From contig PEYJ01000011.1 in NCBI GenBank assembly GCA_002774425.1, forward strand, positions 35,915-99,914: a DNA stretch of 64,000 bases. Reading direction: 5' to 3'. Both the position numbers and the translations under genes were made by a program. The notes beneath the pieces were generated by a model. The model saw only the letters and a list, made by a program, of their open reading frames with translations. It searched no databases and was not told the DNA's origin. Below are positions 22,215 through 31,077 of the stretch, one piece after another; position 1 is the first letter of the stretch, and the number at the start of each line of letters is the position of its first letter. This DNA comes from Parcubacteria group bacterium CG08_land_8_20_14_0_20_48_21. GTDB lineage: Bacteria; Patescibacteriota; Patescibacteriia; UBA1544.

Positions 22215-22232
22215 TCACCGTTCTATAGTTCT

Positions 22233-22919
22233 ATGCAAACTTCCCGGGGGGGACTCATCGTTATTGACGGCACCGATGGTTCCGGCAAAGCGACCCAGGT
22301 GAAAATATTGACCGATCGGCTGCAGCAAGAAGGCGTGGCAATCGCCTCTTTTGACTTTCCGCAATACGGAAAAAAATCCTCAGGGCTTGTTGAAAATTAT
22401 TTGAATGGCGCCTATGGCACGGCGGACGCGGTAGGCGCGTACCGTGCGTCGCTTTTTTACGCATGCGATCGGTATGACGCAAGCTTTGCGATACGCAAGG
22501 CATTGAACGAAGGTAAGGTAATCGTGACCAACCGCTACGTATCGGCAAATCTGGGGCATCAAATGGCAAAGATCGCTAACACACAAGAACGCAAAAAATT
22601 CAGAGACTGGCTCTACGACGTGGAATATGGCATATTTGATATCCCAAAGCCTGATCTGCAAATCATGTTACACGTGACGCCGGAAATATCACAAAAACTC
22701 GTGGATGACAAAGGGCATCGGGATTACGTTGGTGGCGTCAAACGAGATATTCATGAGGCTGACATCCATCATCTGCGCAAGGCGGAACAAGCATATAAAG
22801 AAATTGCACAGCTTCCCGGTTTCACTCTTATTGAGTGTGTTGAAAATGGTGAAATATTCTCCCGTGAGATTATTGCAGAGCGCATTTGGACTGTTGTTGC
22901 ACCAACACTGGGCTTGTAG
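22233..22919 (+). CDS. tmk: Thymidylate kinase
   Basis: IDGTDGSGKATQ, FPQY, DR, NRYVSAN, PKPD. Confidence 0.95.
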   Translation: MQTSRGGLIVIDGTDGSGKATQVKILTDRLQQEGVAIASFDFPQYGKKSSGLVENYLNGAYGTADAVGAYRASLFYACDRYDASFAIRKALNEGKVIVTNRYVSANLGHQMAKIANTQERKKFRDWLYDVEYGIFDIPKPDLQIMLHVTPEISQKLVDDKGHRDYVGGVKRDIHEADIHHLRKAEQAYKEIAQLPGFTLIECVENGEIFSREIIAERIWTVVAPTLGL

Positions 22920-22958
22920 TTGCTTTGCACGGTTTTTCATGATACCATAAGATACGCT

Positions 22959-24464
22959 ATGCAAAATAAGAAATATGAAACCGTTATCGGACTAGAAATC
23001 CATGTACGGCTTGACACGAAGTCAAAGATGTTTTGCGCATGCAGCAATTCCGGAGAAGATCTGCCGCCGAACACGACGGTATGTCCCATTTGCATGGGGC
23101 ATCCCGGCACACTTCCCGCTATGAACGAGCAGGCAATTGCATGGGGTATGAAAGCGGCGCTTGCCATCAATTGCACCGTGGCGCATGAGTCAAAGTTTGA
23201 TCGCAAACACTACTTCTACCCTGACTTGCCTAAGGGCTACCAAATTTCCCAATACGACCAGCCCATTGGGCAGAACGGCTGGATAGAGTTTATGGTTGAG
23301 AGCGAACTCAAAAAGGTTCGGCTCAACCGCCTACACCTGGAAGAAGATGCTGCAAAGCTCATGCACGAAAAAAATCATTCACTGGTTGATTTTAACCGTG
23401 CCGGAGTGCCACTCGCGGAAATTGTAACCGAAGTCGATCTCCGCTCCCCCAAAGAAGCCAAGGCATTTTTACAGGAACTGCGCCGCATCATGCGCTATCT
23501 CGGCGTCTCGGAAGCTGACATGGAAAAGGGACATTTGCGCTGCGACGCGAATATTTCCCTGCGTCCGGTTGGGGATGCCAAGCTCTACGCCAAAACGGAA
23601 ATAAAAAACCTCAACTCATTTCGTTCAGTGGAAAAAGCGCTTGCCTATGAAGAAGAGCGGCAGCGAATATTATGGGAAGAAGGCACTCCGGTGTCTTACC
23701 TCTCTACGCGCGGGTGGAACGAACAGGAACAGAAAACGTATGAACAACGTATTAAAGAAGATGCAAACGACTATCGTTATTTTCCTGAACCTGATCTGCC
23801 CCCGCTTGAATTTAAGGACCGTGTCATTGAAGCAGTGCGCGATCAGCTTCCCGAACTTCCCGCGGCCAAGCGTAAACGCTTCCAAGAGCAGTATGGACTC
23901 TCCCCTGCTGACGTTGCGGTACTGACCGATGATAAGGAAGTTGCCCATTATACCGAACAGGTGATATCGGAACTCAAAAGCTGGCTTATGGATTTGGAGG
24001 AAATGGAGGGAACTGAAGAAGATATCTGGCGAACGCACAAAAAGAAGCTGGCAAAACTGGTTGCGAACTGGATTGGCACTGAACTTTTTAAGCATCTCAA
24101 TGAACACAAGCTTTCAATTAAAGATTGTAAGATAACCCCGGAAAATTTTTCGGAGTTCTTGACGCTCATTTGGAAGAAAAAAGTTAATTCCTCTGCCGCC
24201 CAAACCATTCTTGAAACCATGCTGGGTACAGGAGCTGATCCCTCGCATATTTTGGAAGAAAAGGACTTGGGACAAATGGATGATGCGAGAGCGCTTGATG
24301 TAATTATTGCAAAAATCATTACGACAAACGAGAAAGTCGTTGCTGAATATAGAGGGGGTAAGGAAAATGCCATACAGTTTCTTGTGGGTATGGTCATGAA
24401 AGAAAGTAAAGGCAAAGCAAATCCGGAAACTGCACTGGAGATATTGAGAAAGAAATTATCTTGA
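22959..24464 (+). CDS. gatB: Asp/Glu-tRNA amidotransferase subunit B
   Basis: IGLEIH, FDRKHYFYPDLPKGYQISQ, HLEEDA, YRYFPEPDL. Confidence 0.98.
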   Translation: MQNKKYETVIGLEIHVRLDTKSKMFCACSNSGEDLPPNTTVCPICMGHPGTLPAMNEQAIAWGMKAALAINCTVAHESKFDRKHYFYPDLPKGYQISQYDQPIGQNGWIEFMVESELKKVRLNRLHLEEDAAKLMHEKNHSLVDFNRAGVPLAEIVTEVDLRSPKEAKAFLQELRRIMRYLGVSEADMEKGHLRCDANISLRPVGDAKLYAKTEIKNLNSFRSVEKALAYEEERQRILWEEGTPVSYLSTRGWNEQEQKTYEQRIKEDANDYRYFPEPDLPPLEFKDRVIEAVRDQLPELPAAKRKRFQEQYGLSPADVAVLTDDKEVAHYTEQVISELKSWLMDLEEMEGTEEDIWRTHKKKLAKLVANWIGTELFKHLNEHKLSIKDCKITPENFSEFLTLIWKKKVNSSAAQTILETMLGTGADPSHILEEKDLGQMDDARALDVIIAKIITTNEKVVAEYRGGKENAIQFLVGMVMKESKGKANPETALEILRKKLS

Positions 24465-24487
24465 TTTATTTCTTAAGTACCCTATAT

Positions 24488-24649
24488 ATGGAAAGAGAAA
24501 AACTATTTGGTATACGTGATGCCGAACCAGGAGAAGGAGGAGTAACGCATGTAGCTGAAGGAGCTATTGATCCCGAAAAGGAACGAGCGGAATTAGAAAA
24601 AATGGGAGTTGAATTTCCTGAAGACGGAGAACAAAAGGAAACTGCTTAA
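24488..24649 (+). CDS. Small acidic hypothetical protein (53 aa)
   Basis: Glu-rich ORF with strong GAA/GGA codon bias. Confidence 0.6.
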   Translation: MEREKLFGIRDAEPGEGGVTHVAEGAIDPEKERAELEKMGVEFPEDGEQKETA

Positions 24650-24670
24650 GCATACTTTTTTTGGATTAAC

Positions 24671-24699
24671 TTGACAGTTTTTTTTGGGCATGCTACCAT
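24671..24699 (+). promoter_or_regulatory. Strong sigma70 promoter
   Basis: TTGACA-17-TACCAT with extended -10 TG. Confidence 0.75.
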
Positions 24700-24705
24700 A
24701 TTTTT

Positions 24706-24835
24706 CAGTATGCGTATACAGTTGCACAAGCCGTATCAGCGACTATCCGGAACCGCACAATACTGCGGGAAGCATACGCCGTTTCCCAAAATCAATTCAG
24801 TAAAAAATACCTCTCGCTAAGCGAGGTATTTTTTT
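24706..24835 (+). ncRNA. Candidate structured leader or small RNA with terminator and a 36-codon uORF
   Basis: Three-stem junction at 24708-24777, competing hairpin at 24767-24787, terminator at 24802-24835. Confidence 0.45.
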
Positions 24836-24886
24836 GTGGATTGGTTTGTAGATAGATCTTTACACTTCAAACTAGGAGGAAATACC

Positions 24887-25240
24887 ATGATTCCCTGTCC
24901 CTTTGCCGTAACCGGCACCTGTCCGTCAATCGGAGAGGCTTGTTTTTCCCTCTCCAGCAGCTTACGAAGTGAGTGCGAAATGTACGCGTCCCGCAACCCA
25001 AGTTTTCAAGTACTTGATGTCATTGGCAACACCGACGCACAGCACAAGATTAGGACGCCACACTGGCAGACCGTTATTAATAATGTTGGCAAGGGGCCGT
25101 TTGAAGAGCTGATTATCATGGAGTATCGTGATAGGTGCGCTTCGTCGGTGCTATTTAATGTTACGGTGCTACAACACAGTATCGAAAAACACAAGAATCT
25201 CTCATGTCCTGACACGCTGCTGGCACATGTCGCCGCATAA
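24887..25240 (+). CDS. Orphan protein with Cys-rich N-terminus (117 aa)
   Basis: AGGAGG 7 nt before the ATG; four Cys in the first 30 aa; terminator-like AAGGCC..GGCCTT plus T-run downstream. Confidence 0.7.
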   Translation: MIPCPFAVTGTCPSIGEACFSLSSSLRSECEMYASRNPSFQVLDVIGNTDAQHKIRTPHWQTVINNVGKGPFEELIIMEYRDRCASSVLFNVTVLQHSIEKHKNLSCPDTLLAHVAA

Positions 25241-25508
25241 CCCCTCAACCCAGATCCTTTTTTCTCTCAAGGCCGTCTTTTGGTGGCCTTTTTTCTTTTT
25301 ACTGAACGTGCCCTCATATCTTAAGAAATACTCATGAAAAAACCTATCATCTCGTGACGGCCGTCATTTCATGATTGTTCTATAACTCCTAGCGAGCCAG
25401 TAGGCGAAAATAAAGTCCTATCAAAACAAGTGCCAGAATGTTAACTTAAGCCGTTTGCATCTGTGGCGAGTAATGGAATTTCAAGCACCATGGTAGCACT
25501 TATACTTT

Positions 25509-26501
25509 CTACATCTGCAAAAATTTTCGGGTAATCTTTTCAGCTTCTTGCGCATCCGTAACCCAGTGTATGCGTTTGTCACGCTTGAACCACGTCATCT
25601 GGCGCTTGGCATACTGCAACGTAGCAACCACTATTCCTTCAATAACTTCTTCTGGTAGCGGTAACACAACACTTCCACCATTACTTAGCCAACTCCCTAT
25701 TTCTTTATAACCAATACCCGTCATTGAGGGTAGATCACGATCATAGTCTTTGGTTATGAGTTTTTGTACCTCTCCAGCAAATCCTTGCGCGATCATTTCC
25801 TGTACGCGCTTTCGTATTTTCTTTTCTCTTTCTTCCGTACTCGTTATAATACCAAGTTGCAAAACATCGTACCGAGATTTTTTTTGTTTTTTTTGTTGCG
25901 TAAAAGGCTTGCCGGTCAAGATACAGACCTCAAGCGCGCGAATTACCCTTCGTGGATTTTTTCCGTCAACTTGCCACGCCGCATCAGTGTCGCGTTTGCA
26001 TAAATCTCTATACAGCTCTTGCAGTCCTTCGGTGTGTAAGCGTACATCCAGTTCTGCTCTTATCTTGTACTGATCTGCGTCATTTCCCTTGGGAATCACA
26101 AAATTATCCACAACTGCTGCTACGTACAATCCGGTACCCCCAACCAAAAAAGGTACCCGACCCCTTTTTATAATACCAGGGATGATGTGCAGGGCGTCCC
26201 GTTGATACTGTGCAAGCGTGTATAATTCTTCTGGATCCGCTATATCCAGCAGCCAATGTACTACCTCTCCCGAACGCGAGGGTATCAGTCGTCCGATTGC
26301 TTGTGGTACAGCATCCTGATTCACGTCGGGCAACGCTTTATCAGTGCCAATATCCATCCCTCGATAAATTTGCCGAGAATCCGCGGAAATTATTTCACCA
26401 GAAAATACTTTTGCAAGATGTATACCAAGAGAGCTTTTGCCGGAAGCAGTCGGTCCCACAATGCACACGAGAGGGAGTTGTTTTTTTATACGCTCATCCA
26501 T
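25509..26501 (-). CDS. miaA: tRNA dimethylallyltransferase
   Basis: GPTASGKS, ADSRQIY, VGGTGLY, IGYKE, YAKRQMTW. Confidence 0.97.
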   Translation of the reverse strand: MDERIKKQLPLVCIVGPTASGKSSLGIHLAKVFSGEIISADSRQIYRGMDIGTDKALPDVNQDAVPQAIGRLIPSRSGEVVHWLLDIADPEELYTLAQYQRDALHIIPGIIKRGRVPFLVGGTGLYVAAVVDNFVIPKGNDADQYKIRAELDVRLHTEGLQELYRDLCKRDTDAAWQVDGKNPRRVIRALEVCILTGKPFTQQKKQKKSRYDVLQLGIITSTEEREKKIRKRVQEMIAQGFAGEVQKLITKDYDRDLPSMTGIGYKEIGSWLSNGGSVVLPLPEEVIEGIVVATLQYAKRQMTWFKRDKRIHWVTDAQEAEKITRKFLQM

Positions 26502-26569
26502 AGCATAATGCATCAAAATCCATATAGAACAGCCAATGCGCTACGCACGAGAGATCTCGGAATACTGTT

Positions 26570-27883
26570 TTACACCGCCAATACACCACTCATTCCCCAC
26601 GTGTCGGCATCCGTCACGCGCGCCCGCACAAATGATCCTATAAGATTATCACTCACACCTTCGCCTCCTATTTGCATCGTTTTAAACGTATCGGTCTTAC
26701 CCTGCAGCATACCCTTGTGTATTTTTTCCGGAAGAACCGTCACTTCCTTGCCGATCATTTTTTTATTATGCTGATTGGAAATATTTCCAATGAGTTCGTT
26801 TAATGTCCGATCACGCCGTTTTTTTTCTTCGTGCGGCACATCATCCTTGTAGTGTTCTGCGGCATAGGTTCCTTTACGCGGACTGTAGATTCCACTGTAA
26901 ATCATATCGTACTCTACTTCGCGACATACATCCAATGTTTTTTGGAAGTCTGCTTCCGTTTCGCCGCAGAAGCCAACCACAATATCGGTTGAAATCATAG
27001 CGTTGGAGATGGTTGCGCGAACTTTACGCATGCGCTCCAGGTAGTGTGCTATCGTATAGTGGCGATTCATGCGTTTCAATACCGCATCGGAACCTGATTG
27101 TACCGGCAAGTGCACATAGGGAGGAATCTTCGGGTGGCGTCCCATAAGCTCAATGAGCGCATCAGACATATCATGCGGGTGAGATGAGGTATAGCGCACC
27201 CAAAATTCACCCGGGATGTCCGCAATACGCTCCAACAATTCAGGAAAGGACAACTCCTCATTATTATCATTTCCATAGGAATTGACATTTTGTCCGAGAA
27301 GTGTTAATTCCTTATAACCATTTTGTACGAGCAGTTCGCATTCGGCAATAATATTATTGGAGTTGCGTGATTTTTCCCTCCCTCTCGCCTTTGGCACGAT
27401 ACAGTAGGTACAGAATTTATTGCAGCCGATAGAGATGGGTACGTACGCCCGAAAGCGCGAGTTGTAGGTCGGTGGCACGTTAAAATACTCATCGTTCTGT
27501 TCTTTTAAGGTCAGGGGTGTCGCGATGGTGTTGGACTTCGCAAGTCCAACAATTTCCGGAATTTTTGAAATATTTTGAATATTCACGACAAAATCAGCGT
27601 CTGGAACTTTTTTTCTGAATGCTTCTCCTTGGCTTCCCGGAATGCATCCGGTGATGAGTACTTTGAGATGCGGATTCTGTTTTTTAAACTCCCGATACAT
27701 GCGCATTTTTCCATACATCCTATTTTCAGCAGATTCCCGCACGGAACACGTATTGAGCACAATAAAATCAGCCTCGTTCTCCGAGGCTGATTTGGTGTAC
27801 CCCATGTTTTCCAGTATCGTTGCGATGCGCTCCGAGTCCGAGGTGTTCATTTGGCACCCCATGCTCAAAATAAAATATGTCAT
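26570..27883 (-). CDS. miaB: tRNA-i6A37 methylthiotransferase
   Basis: GCQMN..DSE, NTCSVRE, CNKFCTYC radical-SAM motif, HLPVQSGS, TRAM domain. Confidence 0.96.
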   Translation of the reverse strand: MTYFILSMGCQMNTSDSERIATILENMGYTKSASENEADFIVLNTCSVRESAENRMYGKMRMYREFKKQNPHLKVLITGCIPGSQGEAFRKKVPDADFVVNIQNISKIPEIVGLAKSNTIATPLTLKEQNDEYFNVPPTYNSRFRAYVPISIGCNKFCTYCIVPKARGREKSRNSNNIIAECELLVQNGYKELTLLGQNVNSYGNDNNEELSFPELLERIADIPGEFWVRYTSSHPHDMSDALIELMGRHPKIPPYVHLPVQSGSDAVLKRMNRHYTIAHYLERMRKVRATISNAMISTDIVVGFCGETEADFQKTLDVCREVEYDMIYSGIYSPRKGTYAAEHYKDDVPHEEKKRRDRTLNELIGNISNQHNKKMIGKEVTVLPEKIHKGMLQGKTDTFKTMQIGGEGVSDNLIGSFVRARVTDADTWGMSGVLAV

Positions 27884-27884
27884 A

Positions 27885-29687
27885 CTACACCCGGTCATGT
27901 ACTTCTTGTTGCACCATGGTGATGAATGTATCTTTTGCTATTTCACTCATGGCTTTTTCTCCGCGCTTGCGTACGGCAAGTTTTGCGCTTTTCATTTCTT
28001 TATCACCTACCACAAGCATGTACGGTATTTTCATTTTTTCCGCACCGCGGATCTTGTAACCTACACTCTCATCGCCGTTATCAACCTTGACCCGCATACC
28101 CGCGTCACACAATTCTTTGCCAAGTCCGTCCGCAAAATCCCGATGCTTCTCTCCGACCGAAAGTACCACTATCTGTACGGGAGCAAGCCAGGTTGGAAAT
28201 ACCCCCGCGTAGTGCTCTATCAAAAAGCCAATGAAACGTTCGTGCGTTCCCAGCGGCGCGCGATGGATGCAGAGTGGTGTCCGCGCAGTGCCGTCACGGT
28301 CGGTGTAGGTAAGCCCGAACCGACCCGGTACCGCAAAGTCCACTTGATTCGTCGCAAGGGTGAACTCGCGGCCGATGACACTCCAAACCTGCACATCAAT
28401 TTTTGGACCGTAAAATGCCGCTTCATCCGCAATTTCCACATACGGTATTTCGGATTGCTGCAGTACGTTACGCACCATGTTTTCAGTTTTCTTCCATAAT
28501 TCCGGCGCATTAATATATTTTTTTCCGAGTTTTTCCGGCGCATGAGTGGAAAAACGCATTTGGTACTTCTTGATGCCGAAAATCTTAAAATAGGTCAGGT
28601 AGATGTCGTTCACGCGCCTGAATTCTTCCGCGAATTGATCTTCCGTGCAGTAGATGTGCGCGTCGTTCATCTGCATCATGCGTACGCGCATGATGCCAAA
28701 CAGCTCGCCTGACTTTTCATGGCGGTAGACCGTACCATACTCGGCAAGGCGCACCGGCAGATCGCGATAGCTCTTGTGACGCGCCGCATAAATCTTGTGA
28801 TGGTGCGGGCAGTTCATGGCCTTGAGGTAGTATTTTCCACCTTCATAGGTCATAGGTGGATACATAGTTTCTTCGTAGTATGGCAGATGACCGCTCGTAA
28901 TGTAGAGTGATTCTTTTGCAATATGCGGCGAACGTACCCTCATATACCCACCCTTTTCTTCCGTTTCCTTTGCCAGCTTTTCAAGCTCATCACACACAAT
29001 CGTTCCGTTGGGCAGCCACAGCGGTAACCCGGGACCAACCTGATCATCAAAGGTGAACAGGTCAAGCTCCGCACCCAGTTTTCGATGATCGCGCTTCTTT
29101 GCCTCTTCCAACATCGCCAAATGCGCGTCCAGTTCTTCCCGGGTTGCAAACGCGACGCCGTACACACGCTGCAGCTGCGGATTTTTCTCATTGCCGCGCC
29201 AGTATGCGCCGGCAAGATTCGTCAACTGAAAGATGCCTAATTCTTTCGTGCTTCCTACATGCGGACCCCTACACAAATCTACAAAATCCCCGGTCATATA
29301 CACGCTTACGGTAGTAATTTTTTTTGGATCCATATCGGCAAAATCATCCCCTTGCAGAAGCGTCGTACCACGTTGCTGCAGATCGCGTAAAAGCTCCACT
29401 TTAAAATCCTGCTTGCGCTGCTGAAAAAAGTCTATCGCTTCATCACTTGACATTTCCTTGCGCTCAAACGCAGTGCCAGTCTTGATGATGCGGCGCATCT
29501 CTTTTTCCAGCTTCGGTAAGTCTGATTCTGTGAGACTTCGGGGAAGTTGAAAATCGTAATAGAATCCGAAGTCCAAGACCGGTCCTACCCCAAGCTTCAC
29601 ATCGGGAAAGAGCTTGGTCACCGCTGCAGCCAGCACGTGAGCCGTTGAGTGGCGTATCGTTTCAATGGTTGGTTGTGTTGTGCTCAT
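27885..29687 (-). CDS. thrS: Threonine-tRNA ligase
   Basis: RHSTAH, DLCRGPH, KRDHRKLG, MNCPHH, IHRA, WLAPVQ. Confidence 0.98.
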   Translation of the reverse strand: MSTTQPTIETIRHSTAHVLAAAVTKLFPDVKLGVGPVLDFGFYYDFQLPRSLTESDLPKLEKEMRRIIKTGTAFERKEMSSDEAIDFFQQRKQDFKVELLRDLQQRGTTLLQGDDFADMDPKKITTVSVYMTGDFVDLCRGPHVGSTKELGIFQLTNLAGAYWRGNEKNPQLQRVYGVAFATREELDAHLAMLEEAKKRDHRKLGAELDLFTFDDQVGPGLPLWLPNGTIVCDELEKLAKETEEKGGYMRVRSPHIAKESLYITSGHLPYYEETMYPPMTYEGGKYYLKAMNCPHHHKIYAARHKSYRDLPVRLAEYGTVYRHEKSGELFGIMRVRMMQMNDAHIYCTEDQFAEEFRRVNDIYLTYFKIFGIKKYQMRFSTHAPEKLGKKYINAPELWKKTENMVRNVLQQSEIPYVEIADEAAFYGPKIDVQVWSVIGREFTLATNQVDFAVPGRFGLTYTDRDGTARTPLCIHRAPLGTHERFIGFLIEHYAGVFPTWLAPVQIVVLSVGEKHRDFADGLGKELCDAGMRVKVDNGDESVGYKIRGAEKMKIPYMLVVGDKEMKSAKLAVRKRGEKAMSEIAKDTFITMVQQEVHDRV

Positions 29688-29780
29688 AGATCTCCTGTAT
29701 CCTACCAAAAATCAGGGTCAATCGTCAAATGCTGAATAAGGTAAACGTGTTATGCTCAAATCATTATTTTATGCATACGA

Positions 29781-29802
29781 ATACCCGCTCAAAAGCGGGT
29801 AT
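29781..29802. terminator. Hairpin, likely terminator
   Basis: ATACCCGCT-CAAA-AGCGGGTAT. Confidence 0.55.
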
Positions 29803-29833
29803 GTTTATATCTTGTACGTCGTGTAGGGGAATG

Positions 29834-31000
29834 CTACATCCCGCCATCGGTTACCAAGCGCAGATCTATCCTCTCAACAGCTTCCGGTAAAGTCGTCAGC
29901 CATTTTGGACGCAGGGTCACGGTTACCGAGGTGACTTGCGGAAACGTTTCGTAGTAGACCCGCACCTCATCGGGAGTAAGACCGGTCAAGACGTTCTTGT
30001 CAAACAGCGGTCCCTGTTGTTTGGTTGTTATTGATGTTTCCAGTTGCACGCTCAATCGCGCCATTCCCTTCTCCGCATCCACGGTTTCTACCGTTACGTC
30101 CGCGAGCACGGGCGTACCGTCCTGCCATACCTTGTCATCGGGAAGCGCTTCCGTCAACTTTGCCTTGCGCAGCTCTGTAAACGCGGCGTACGGATACACG
30201 ACACCCGTGAGCGTTATCGTTGTTGTGGCGGAAAGATTCTCTGCAACCTCACCCGCGGCATTGCTCCATTCCGTTGTTCCGAAATCAACGAGGTAGCGCA
30301 CGATATCCTGCGCAGTCAGTGCCTGTTCACGTTCAAAGATGGACTTTGCCTCTTTCTCTACCTGTGTTTGCAAATCATGTTCAAGTTTGACTGTATCTAT
30401 CTCCTTAACCGTAGATATCTCGGCGACACCGTGCGTGAGTGATTTGGCAAGCTCTCCATAAATAACGTCCTGCAGCGCATCGCGCAGTCCCGGAATGGTA
30501 AAATGTGTTTCTTTTTCCAGTGTTCCCGCCCAGGTTTCATCGGTAACATACACCGGGACTTCCGCACTACCCTGCGCAGGTACCCGCACATACTCCCTAG
30601 TCCGCAAAAGTAAGCCGTCGGATGCCAAAAAACGCGTCGTCGCAACAAGCGTCTGCGCGCTTACCGTGGTGTTCACCACGCGCATGATGCCGTCTGCCTG
30701 CGTATCGGCTATGGTTTTTCTGCCCGTGGTTGCGCTGCTTCGCGATGCGGTCAGCGATACCTTACCTACCATTCCCGCAAGCCGTTCGCCCGATATGACA
30801 CCCGTGATGGTACTTTTCGGAACGACATCCGCTATAAAATGCGTGCGAAAAGGCTCCGTGGCCACTGTTACCACCACTTCAGCACGAACAAAAATGAAAT
30901 AAAAAACCACCGCTACCGCAACAACCGTAAGGAAGAGAAAGGTAAATGCAATGGTGCGATAGAAATGCACGCGCGCATAATACGACGATGGAGCAGGCAT
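29834..31000 (-). CDS. Hypothetical single-TM protein (weak baseplate-J-like resemblance)
   Basis: 388 aa with an N-terminal TM helix; QTLVATTRF, VPA and FTIPGL motifs of a type I associate with CPR proteins. Confidence 0.7.
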   Translation of the reverse strand: MPAPSSYYARVHFYRTIAFTFLFLTVVAVAVVFYFIFVRAEVVVTVATEPFRTHFIADVVPKSTITGVISGERLAGMVGKVSLTASRSSATTGRKTIADTQADGIMRVVNTTVSAQTLVATTRFLASDGLLLRTREYVRVPAQGSAEVPVYVTDETWAGTLEKETHFTIPGLRDALQDVIYGELAKSLTHGVAEISTVKEIDTVKLEHDLQTQVEKEAKSIFEREQALTAQDIVRYLVDFGTTEWSNAAGEVAENLSATTTITLTGVVYPYAAFTELRKAKLTEALPDDKVWQDGTPVLADVTVETVDAEKGMARLSVQLETSITTKQQGPLFDKNVLTGLTPDEVRVYYETFPQVTSVTVTLRPKWLTTLPEAVERIDLRLVTDGGM

Positions 31001-31077
31001 AGGGATGGCTTTGTAGGAAAACTATGACTCTATTGCACGACTGTGGTAACTACTGTCTTGGTGATAGTGTGATGGTT

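Noticed and set aside
24730-24775. SRP RNA, twister ribozyme or known riboswitch identity for the 24.7-kb element
   Set aside because: TCCGGAA, GGAAGCA and ACAAGCCG are only fragments; the required flanking helices and consensus residues are absent.
25318-25492. Possible gene remnant downstream of miaA
   Set aside because: The frame is interrupted by stops and has no recognisable motif.
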